This document shows, one piece after another, positions 1 to 6,875 of a stretch of 27,638 nt of DNA. Each line of letters starts with the position of its first letter. The stretch's first letter is position 1. The stretch comes from Bacillota bacterium (GTDB taxonomy: Bacteria; Bacillota; Clostridia; Oscillospirales; Acutalibacteraceae): positions 1 to 27,638 of the forward strand of contig WQTL01000516.1 in assembly GCA_009786275.1 (NCBI GenBank), read 5' to 3'. The position numbers and the translations under genes are program-made. The notes under the pieces were generated by a model. That model worked only from the letters and a program-made list of their open reading frames with translations. It made no database searches and was not told where the DNA came from.

Positions 1-54
1 GTGCCCATCACGAATTCCGAGATTGACGCGATGATCTCGTCGCTGTCGCCGTGA
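1..54 (+). CDS. 3' end of a probable phage structural/tail-associated gene (partial)
   Basis: Frame 1 reads VPITNSEIDAMISSLSP*. An ITNxEID motif is typical of C-termini of Firmicutes phage structural proteins. It lies directly upstream of a collagen-like gene. Confidence 0.4.
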   Translation: MPITNSEIDAMISSLSP

Positions 55-72
55 TGAAGGGAGGGGTTCCCT

Positions 73-432
73 ATGGCGAAATATCTCAACGACGCTGGCC
101 TGGCGCATCTGCTCGCTGGGCTTTGGGCTCGGGTGAACCAGAAGCTCTCGGCCATCTCCCTGACGCCGGGGCCGCCCGGCCCTCAAGGGCTGAAAGGCGA
201 CACGGGAAACACCGGGCCGCAGGGCAACGCCGGGGCGACCGGCTCCCAAGGCGTGAAGGGCGACACCGGCAACACTGGCGCAACGGGCGCGGCTGGGGCT
301 TCGGGCGCAAAAGGCGTCGCGTTTTACGGCTGGAGCACCGCCGCGAATCTCACGAATATTTCCTCCATCTCCGGCATGGCGGTGGGCGACTACGTTGTAA
401 ACACCGGCACGGCCATGCGCACCATGCTTGGC
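73..432 (+). pseudogene. Phage-type collagen-like (tail fibre) protein, N-terminal fragment truncated at a junction
   Basis: RBS (GAAGGAGG) precedes ATG 73. MAKYLNDAGLAHLLAGLW is followed by 16 G-X-Y triplets. After ~432 the frame runs into antisense GH29 sequence. Confidence 0.7.
169..315 (+). repeat. Collagen G-X-Y repeat (16 triplets)
   Basis: GPP GPQ GLK GDT GNT GPQ GNA GAT GSQ GVK GDT GNT GAT GAA GAS GAK G. Confidence 0.9.
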
Positions 433-657
433 CACCAGCACGGCGTACTTCGCCCCCGCCGCCTTCGCCGAGCGGATCCACTGGTCGGTGTCCAGCCGCA
501 TGGGCGCGAACACCTCCGCCGGGGGCGTGTAGCCCCGCTGCTTTCGAAAATCATACTCCGGCACGAAGGTCTGCACGTCCATGTGGATGAGGACGCCGAT
601 TTCCAGGTCCGCCCAGGCTTGCTGCTGCGCTGTGGGGAGCACAATGTCAGGTATCAT
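424..657 (-). pseudogene. Alpha-L-fucosidase (GH29) N-terminal fragment
   Basis: Not in the ORF track. Manual translation from ATG 657 gives MIPDIVLPTAQQQAWADLEIGVLIHMDVQTF...FAPMRLDTDQWIRSAKAAGAKYAVLVAKH, matching the GH29 pattern PTxQQxxW...H...LDxDQW...AGAKY.VL.AKH. Similarity ends right after AKH. Confidence 0.8.
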
Positions 658-675
658 CGCAGCTATCCCTGCCTT

Positions 676-1215
676 TCATTCTGCCAATCGCCCGGCCTGG
701 CTGTAGTCCCAGGCTTCAAAGCCCAGCTGCGTGACGGCCGGGGAGTTGAGCGCCAGGGTGAAGTCGCCGTTTTTCGGATCCCTGAACAGCGGGTCGGCGA
801 ACAGGGCGTTGTTGTAATAGCCAAGGCCGCGCACGTCGCCAGAATACAGGCGGTCGCCAAAATCGTGCCCCTTCTGTTTGGCGCTGAAGGGGCGGCGGGG
901 GTTGGCGTAATCGTAGAACAGGTTGCCGTCATCGCGGAATTTGCCCGCCGCCAGCGCGCGATACAGGGCCTGGCCCTCGCTGACGACGATGTTGCGCTCG
1001 AAGATGGCGCCGATGTGCTCCTCCTTGCGGTGGACGCCCGCCACGCCGTCGTCGGCGAAGGCAAAAATATTGTTGCGCACCAGGTTTTCGCGGCCATAGT
1101 GCTGGCTGAAGCATTCGCCGCAGTTATAGACCAGGTTCTTCTCGATGAGCATCCCCGAAGTGCCTTCGTCCGGGTAGATGCCGCAGCCGCCGTAGCCGCC
1201 CTGGAGGGGGTCGGC
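676..1215 (-). pseudogene. Right-handed beta-helix carbohydrate-active protein, C-terminal fragment
   Basis: GYGGCGIYPDEGTSGMLIEKNLVY...QHYGRENLVRNNIFAF and a C-terminal DPLFRDPKNGDFTL motif. The stop at 676 is just upstream of the GH29 start, giving an operon-like layout. The N-terminus is missing. Confidence 0.7.
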
Positions 1216-1571
1216 CTGCGGAACTCCTTTTTCGTGAACGCCCACTGCGCGGCGATCCGTTTCGCGATGTCCTGATTGCCCGTGGCGTCATACAGCGCCT
1301 CGAACGCGAAGAGCATCTGCGCGTGCGCCCAGATCATGTACTGCTGGCCGTCCGTTTCCATGCCGCCCCATTCCTTCATCAGGTGGCCGGTTTCCGCGCC
1401 GCCGCGCCAGTACAGCCGCAGCATGTCCTCGTAGACGGCCATGGCCATGCCGGCATCAGACTCTGCCAGTACGTCGCAGGGCTGTATGAAATCGGAAGCG
1501 TTCGCGCCTGCGGAAAATGCTCCCGCCAGCAGGGCTGTGCACAGCAACAGTGCGATGAGCTTGCGTTTCAT
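1216..1571 (-). pseudogene. Secreted protein N-terminal fragment, possibly a GH76-like (alpha/alpha)6 hydrolase
   Basis: RBS AAGGAGGAG and a signal peptide (MKRKLIALLLCTALLAGAFSAGANA). WAHAQMLFAFEALYDATGN resembles GH76-type helices. The frame degenerates after ~1216. Confidence 0.45.
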
Positions 1572-1744
1572 GTCGCTCCTCCTTCTGCAAAATCAATCCC
1601 ACCCCGGCAATTCATCCAGCGTGAGCACGCGTTCCGCGTGACCTGGTTGATCGCGAACAGCTCGTTGGACAACCGGGTATCCAGGTTCAGCTGCCTGATA
1701 ATGCCGCCTTGCGCTTTTACGCCCTCGCAACAGGGCTTGACGTT

Positions 1745-1773
1745 ATTGAAAAGGACAGGGTGTGACCCTGCCC
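1745..1773 (-). terminator. Intrinsic terminator of hup
   Basis: Minus strand GGGCAGGG-TCACA-CCCTGTCC followed by TTTTCAAT, about 18 nt after the hup stop. Confidence 0.75.
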
Positions 1774-1790
1774 AAACTTGCGTTATGCTG

Positions 1791-2069
1791 TTATTTCTGA
1801 GCCACGGCGTCCTTGAGCGCCTTGCCGGGCTTGAACACCGGGACTTGAGTTGCTGGGGAGATCAATTCCTCGCCGGTCTGGGGATTGCGGACTTTCTTCT
1901 CGGCACGCTGTTTTACCTCAAAGGCCCCGAAGCCCACGAACTGCACCTTTTCGCCGGCAACCAACGCATCGGTCAGCGCCTTGATGACTGCGTCGGTGCA
2001 TGCGGCGGCCTGCTTCTTTTCGATGCCCTCCTGCTCCGCGAGTGCGTTGATAAAGTCTTGCTTGGTCAT
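1791..2069 (-). CDS. hup: DNA-binding protein HU
   Basis: 92 aa with the HU/IHF signature VQFVGFGAFEVKQRAEKKVRNPQTGE...PVFKPGKALKDAV; RBS AAGGAG. Confidence 0.95.
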   Translation of the reverse strand: MTKQDFINALAEQEGIEKKQAAACTDAVIKALTDALVAGEKVQFVGFGAFEVKQRAEKKVRNPQTGEELISPATQVPVFKPGKALKDAVAQK

Positions 2070-2108
2070 GTGGCTGCTCCTTCTTTTTTTGATTCGTTTG
2101 ACGCAAGC

Positions 2109-2137
2109 ATTATATCATAAGACTTGACCAATTGCAA
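2109..2137 (-). promoter_or_regulatory. Sigma-A promoter of hup
   Basis: Minus strand TTGCAA (2137-2132), 17-nt spacer, TATAAT (2114-2109), with an extended -10 TG. Confidence 0.75.
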
Positions 2138-2376
2138 GTCTTTCAGAAAATCATATGGAGGCCGTTTTATCAAGGTCGAAAAGCCGCGGCAAGGATGCCC
2201 CGCAACCTTACAATCTTGGTATGAAAGCTATATGCCATTTGGCTTTTATGGCAAAAGAAGAATGCAAAATCCTTCCTCGGATTTCTGCAATCTTTCGGCT
2301 GCCGTTCTGCAGCGTAATGTGGGCCAAATCATTTTAAGGCCGCAAGCGTTTCGTACACACTGCGACTTTTATAATG

Positions 2377-2718
2377 TTAGGCCATCGTAACATCCATCTC
2401 CCCGCCCAGCCGGAAGCTGATCCGCAGCCTGTCCTTCGACAGCACCCGGACGCATTCAACCATCTGTCGCACCACCATGTTGTCGAATGCGATGGGCTGG
2501 CTGCGCAGCTTATCCATCCCAGCTATCACCTCCGTCAGGCGCGCCTGCTCGTTACCAGCATGGCGCTCGTCCCTCTGAATCTGTTCCAGCTTGGCCTTGA
2601 GGGCGACCTTCTCGCCGTAGAGCTTTTCGAATTGGGCGTCATGGTTACCCTGGTTGCCATCCTGGGATTCCAACTGGATCAGCTCACTGAGCTCACCTTC
2701 AATGGGCAGCAGGCGCTG
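2377..2718 (-). pseudogene. Large serine recombinase C-terminal fragment (coiled coil and terminal beta region)
   Basis: A coiled-coil segment followed by FDNMVVRQMVECVRVLSKDRLRISFRLGGEMDV, typical of Clostridial LSR C-termini. The catalytic and recombinase domains are absent. Confidence 0.6.
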
Positions 2719-2967
2719 ACGCAAGTTACTAATAGTATCACGAATTTGCGAGCCACTTACAGAACGTTTTTTCCAAACGAAGGGTGCAGCGGCAGCGTTG
2801 TAGTGCTTGATATAGTTGACGGGCGGCGCGAGGTAAAGCCCTACAATGTCGGCGGCTTTTCCCGCGAATTCCGGGTCGGTGCTGATGCACCAGGTTCTTA
2901 TGCGGCTAAGCTGTATCCATTTTCGCTGTAAAAAGCGCTGAATCGCATCCTCGGAGGTGTTCAACAT
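2719..2967 (-). mobile_element. IS630-family transposase remnant with the DDE domain deleted
   Basis: TWCISTDPEFAGKAADIVGLYLAPP (the segment before the first catalytic Asp) is joined at ~2818-2820 directly to the C-terminal NYIKHYNAAAAPFVWKKRSVSGSQIRDTISNLR. Confidence 0.7.
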
Positions 2968-3111
2968 GAGGTGGAGCGCTTTTTCCGCCGCTACGACCGC
3001 TACCGCAGGATTTTCACCCGCTACGAAAAGCTCGATGTGATGTTTTTGGCCTATTTTACCTTCGCGCTCATCGTCGATGCGCTGATTAAGCACTAGTGTC
3101 AACAGGCTCTA
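2965..3111 (+). mobile_element. IS5-family (IS427-like) right end: transposase C-terminus and terminal inverted repeat
   Basis: Manual translation HEVERFFRRYDRYRRIFTRYEKLDVMFLAYFTFALIVDALIKH* (stop 3094-3096), followed by the IR-like end TAGTGTCAACAGGCTCTA. Confidence 0.75.
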
Positions 3112-3166
3112 ATCAGGAGGTCACGGCTTTATTCGCCGCAGCCGCCAGCGGATGAATCAACCGGAT

Positions 3167-3210
3167 CGCGTGGATGCCCTTCAGGGTTATCCGCGCTTTT
3201 TTTCATTTTT
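3167..3210 (+). terminator. Terminator/attenuator-like hairpin upstream of the sigma-like gene
   Basis: CGCG(TG)GAT-G-CCC-TTCA-GGG-TT-ATCCGCG followed by CTTTTTTTCATTTTT. Confidence 0.5.
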
Positions 3211-3297
3211 GCGTATCTTCCGGTTGCGTGCCGGCCGCTCGCCGCCATCTCCATTCGTATGTGCATCCCAAATTGAAACGATTGGAGAAATGTGTTA

Positions 3298-3729
3298 ATG
3301 TCATATAATCATGGCCGCGAGTTCAAGAAATTTGGGGCTCGCCAACGCTGTCTGCGTCGGCAATACGAACGGCTCGGTATGCCGGAGACCAACATAGAAG
3401 CGCTGTATCAAACTGATCTGCAAGAATTTAACAGCGACCGCAGAAACGAGGAACATGACCCTGTACGCTTGGATGATTGCGAGCCGCTGGTTGCCCAAGA
3501 GGACGGATGCCATTCCCGTCTGTGGTGGGTAGAGGAAATTGACAACGCCGCCCTTGCGAAGCGGCTGAAATCCTTGCCTGAAACGGACTTGGAACTGCTG
3601 ACCCTTTATGCGATTGAAGGCCATTCGCAACCGGATATCGCGGTGATGCTCAGCATAAACCAGTCTAATGTATCGCGTCGGCTGAGCAAGCTGAAAAAAT
3701 TTTTAGAAATTTTTGAAAAACACGCATAA
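3298..3729 (+). CDS. Sigma-70 region 4-like HTH protein of the ICE/IME type
   Basis: MSYNHGRE N-terminus and a C-terminal sigma4-like HTH (LKSLPETDLELLTLYAIEGHSQPDIAVMLSINQSNVSRRL). RBS GGAG favours ATG 3298 over GTG 3292. Confidence 0.75.
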   Translation: MSYNHGREFKKFGARQRCLRRQYERLGMPETNIEALYQTDLQEFNSDRRNEEHDPVRLDDCEPLVAQEDGCHSRLWWVEEIDNAALAKRLKSLPETDLELLTLYAIEGHSQPDIAVMLSINQSNVSRRLSKLKKFLEIFEKHA

Positions 3730-3789
3730 AAAACGCGTTCTCACCGGCTATAGAGTAGAGGCGCAAATAAAAACCTCGCCAACCTTGAA

Positions 3790-4040
3790 ACCCGAATAGC
3801 CCGTTTGGCAGGTACATTGCCTTTGCTGCCCGGACACATAGAAAACAGGACGAGCTGCTGAAACCCACCCCAACGAATCTGTGGATTTGCTGGGGGCTCC
3901 GGGGCTCCGATGAAAGGTGTCAACCCGTTTGCTGGAAACCTTACCCAAGGCCGAGGGCCAATATAAACGAAGTGAACCTTTGGGTTCGAATGCAACCGAC
4001 TACGCCGGGCGGCGTGAATTATCATGGCGCCCGGCCATTT
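3790..4040 (+). ncRNA. Candidate structured RNA/5' leader between the sigma-like gene and XRE
   Basis: Several hairpins: GGCAG/CTGCC (3807-3830); CCCC-AAC-GAATC/GATTT-GCT-GGGG (3868-3896); CCTT/AAGG (3939-3950); GAACC/GGTTC (3974-3987); GCCGGGCG-G-CGTGA/TCATG-G-CGCCCGGC (4004-4035). No credible coding frame. Confidence 0.35.
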
Positions 4041-4057
4041 CAAGGAGGATTCGCGTG

Positions 4058-4456
4058 ATGAAAAACAAACCCACACAGGCACAGAACAGGGCGGCAGCGG
4101 AACTGCTCCGCACCCAAAGGCGCGGCAAGGGACTGACCCAGGAGCAGGTAGCGCGGCGCGCTGGAATACACTTTCGGGTATATGGGAGTTTTGAGTGTTG
4201 CGAGCGCAATTTCCTCACCGCCCGGTTCAGAACCGTCCATGTCAACGATTGCAACATATACAACTGTGCGCACTGCGAACACGGGCTGACAGAGGAATCG
4301 AGGTATAAAGTAGGCGCAACGAATGGCGACGTGTGGCGTACTTTTGGCAATCCGAGCGGTGAAGGCAGGCCTACCAACAAAGGCTCGGACATCTGCGAAC
4401 ACTGGCAGCGGGCGGCTGATCATACGATTTGGAGGGAAGCATGCGATATACCCTGA
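4058..4456 (+). CDS. XRE-family HTH protein (HipB-like position) with an unexplained Cys-rich C-terminal half
   Basis: RBS AAGGAGG. LRTQRRGKGLTQEQVARRAGIHFRVYGSFECCERN is an XRE HTH. The stop overlaps the start of the HipA-like gene. Confidence 0.65.
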   Translation: MKNKPTQAQNRAAAELLRTQRRGKGLTQEQVARRAGIHFRVYGSFECCERNFLTARFRTVHVNDCNIYNCAHCEHGLTEESRYKVGATNGDVWRTFGNPSGEGRPTNKGSDICEHWQRAADHTIWREACDIP

Positions 4457-5595
4457 TGCACAAAAACGTCCCGGTGATAGACCTGACCATCAACGGTGAG
4501 CTGGGAAACATCACTTCGGCGGATACGCCGCATAGTCTGGGGCATCTGCCGATAGGTGTATTGTCCTCGGATGGTGTCCCCGACTTGCTTCGCCTCGCAA
4601 AGTGGTGGAAGCACCGGGCTATCCCGCCAAACAGGCCGGGCTTGGAAAGGGCACTGAACAGGCTGAAGGCACAGGCGCCTCTATCGCTTGTTTTGCATTG
4701 TAACGGGCTGAGCCTCTCCGACCAATACTGGATTCGCCCGAAAGCTGACAATATGGCATGGGAGGACATCAACTTTTTTCGGCAGCCATTTGCCGAGGAC
4801 ATGGGCAAGCTGCTGTTAGAGAAAGCAGTACCTGGCGACAGAGTTGATTGGGTCTCTCCGGACTGCACTACGGACGGGTGGCTGACAAAGCGTTGGGAAA
4901 TTATCGATGGTGTGCGTTGCCTGACAAAAGGCGGCACGGGGCCATTGCGGCAAGAACCGCTGAATGAAGCCCTTGCCGCGGCGGTCATGCGGAGACTTGG
5001 CGTAGCACATGTGGATTATACCGTTGTATGGGAGGGTGGCTTGCCGTATAGCGTTTGCCCGAATTTTCTTTCCCCCGAAACGGAGTTTGTCACGGCCTTC
5101 CAAATCTGCGAAACCAGGCCGCTGGCACCAGGCAGCGATCTGTACGCGCATTATCTTGGCTGCTGCGACGCGCTCGGTATCCACGGCATCCGTGATAGCC
5201 TTGATCGAATGATCGTGGTGGATTACATTATCGCCAACAGCGACAGGCATTATGGCAATTTCGGCGCTATCCGTAACGCGGACACGCTGGAGTGGCTCGG
5301 TCCCGCACCACTGTTTGACAATGGAACATCGCTTTGGAACGATACACCCACAATTCTCATTGCTCCCGCCAACGGCAACAGGAGCCGCGCGTTTTTCCGC
5401 AATCATTATGATCAGTTGATCCTTGTTACATCGTTCGATTGGCTGGATATTTCGACTCTGGACTGTATCGAGGATATGTGCGCGGAAGTGTTTGCCGCAA
5501 GCCTGCATATTGACGATGAGCGCCGTGATGTCATTTGCCGCGCGACGCGAAAGCGGCTTGAATTGCTGCAGAGATATGCAGTACGCCAAAAATAA
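4441..5595 (+). CDS. HipA-like Ser/Thr kinase
   Basis: Motifs SPDCTTDGWLTKRW, LTKGG, QEPLNE, DYIIANSDRHYGNFG and APLFDNGTSL; RBS GGAGGG before ATG 4441. Confidence 0.85.
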   Translation: MRYTLMHKNVPVIDLTINGELGNITSADTPHSLGHLPIGVLSSDGVPDLLRLAKWWKHRAIPPNRPGLERALNRLKAQAPLSLVLHCNGLSLSDQYWIRPKADNMAWEDINFFRQPFAEDMGKLLLEKAVPGDRVDWVSPDCTTDGWLTKRWEIIDGVRCLTKGGTGPLRQEPLNEALAAAVMRRLGVAHVDYTVVWEGGLPYSVCPNFLSPETEFVTAFQICETRPLAPGSDLYAHYLGCCDALGIHGIRDSLDRMIVVDYIIANSDRHYGNFGAIRNADTLEWLGPAPLFDNGTSLWNDTPTILIAPANGNRSRAFFRNHYDQLILVTSFDWLDISTLDCIEDMCAEVFAASLHIDDERRDVICRATRKRLELLQRYAVRQK

Positions 5596-5617
5596 CCGTG
5601 ATAAAGGAGACAGGTCC

Positions 5618-6868
5618 ATGCAAGATCTGAAGCTTCGCTTTTTTGACGAGATTGCCGGGGAGGAAATTCGATGGCTGTGGAAACCGTACATCGCCTTTGG
5701 CAAAATTACTGTCATACAGGGCGATCCGGGCAACGGCAAAACCACCCTCGCCCTGGCCATTGCCGCCATCATCTCCCGCCGGGAACAAATGCCCACAGGC
5801 GACGCTGAGCCCTTCGTCGGCAACATCATCTATTTAAGCGGCGAGGATAGCCCGCAGGATACCATCAAACCACGGCTCGCGGCCTGCGGGGCGGATTGCT
5901 CGAAAATCTGCTTCGCCGAACCGGATGGGTCGTTGTCTGCAGTATCCCTTGAAAACGCCATACGGGAAACCAACACAAAATACGTGGTGCTTGACCCGCT
6001 GCAGGCCTTTTTGGGTGAGAAGCAGGACATATCCAGCGCGAAAAACATGCGCCCATTTTTAAAGGAACTGGCGGATGCGGCGGCCCGCACGAGCGCCGCG
6101 ATTGTCATCATCGGACACATGAATAAGGGCGAACACGCAAAGAGCATCTATCGCGGGTTGGGCTCCATTGACATTACCGCCGCCGCTCGGAGTGTGTTGC
6201 TTGTGGGCAAACGCAAGGACGATCCCGGCATTCGCTTTATGACCCAGATAAAGAATAACCTTTCCGCTTTCGGCAAATCGGTGGGGTTTACCATCGCCGC
6301 CGACGGAGGCGTTGAATTCCTGGGCGAAAGCGAGGTGCGGGAGGAAGATTTGCTTTCCAACGCTAAGGCTAAAAAAACGAAGTATCAGACGGCGAAAGAG
6401 ATGATTTTCAATATGCTCAAAGACGGCGACCGGCTGTCCAACGAGATTTATACCACGCTGCTCAATGCGGGGATTACATCAGGGATGATTCAAGGGGTAA
6501 AGCGCGATTTTGCCGTAAGGTCAGTGCAAAAAGGCAGCGAGTGGTTCTGGACGCTCAAGGGCAGCAAATTGGCATGCACCCCCTCCGGCGGAGGTGATGA
6601 CGGCGAAGTGGCGTTTGTGACGCTGGATGAAAGCTCCATCCACGACGCCCTAACGGCAGCCGAGACTCACGAGCAACAACCGCAGGTTTACAGGGACCCG
6701 ACGGATTTGGGGCTGGACCGCGAGCAATTTGAAATTCTGCCGTTACCCGAAGCCGACATCACGCGTAAAAGAGGACGCAAGCCAAAACCTCCGCCGGAAC
6801 CTGTTTTTCATCCAACCGCGCTAAAGTCGCCGCGCTACGGCGATTTGGTAGTTTTCGAGTGGAGGTGA
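5618..6868 (+). CDS. AAA_25 (RecA/RepA-like) ATPase
   Basis: WLWKPYIAFGKITVIQGDPGNGKT (Walker A), VVLDPLQAFLG (Walker B), HMNK and RGLGSIDITAAARSV; RBS AAAGGAG before ATG 5618. Confidence 0.85.
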   Translation: MQDLKLRFFDEIAGEEIRWLWKPYIAFGKITVIQGDPGNGKTTLALAIAAIISRREQMPTGDAEPFVGNIIYLSGEDSPQDTIKPRLAACGADCSKICFAEPDGSLSAVSLENAIRETNTKYVVLDPLQAFLGEKQDISSAKNMRPFLKELADAAARTSAAIVIIGHMNKGEHAKSIYRGLGSIDITAAARSVLLVGKRKDDPGIRFMTQIKNNLSAFGKSVGFTIAADGGVEFLGESEVREEDLLSNAKAKKTKYQTAKEMIFNMLKDGDRLSNEIYTTLLNAGITSGMIQGVKRDFAVRSVQKGSEWFWTLKGSKLACTPSGGGDDGEVAFVTLDESSIHDALTAAETHEQQPQVYRDPTDLGLDREQFEILPLPEADITRKRGRKPKPPPEPVFHPTALKSPRYGDLVVFEWR

Positions 6869-6875
6869 ATATCCG

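Noticed and set aside
73-1275. 400-aa ORF as a single gene
   Set aside because: Only the first ~120 codons are sense-coding. The rest is the antisense of GH29 and beta-helix fragments.
663-1571. 302-aa ORF as a full secreted protein
   Set aside because: After ~1215 it is an off-frame reading of the beta-helix gene (Ala/Arg/Ser/Thr-rich, no motifs).
2121-2140. GACTTG-N8-CAAGTC inverted repeat as an operator in the hup promoter
   Set aside because: It has only 6-bp arms overlapping the -35 element, and there is no second copy to support it.
2290-2376. attL site between the hup promoter region and the LSR remnant
   Set aside because: No matching sequence was found by eye near 26683-27240, and no convincing inverted repeat around a core dinucleotide.
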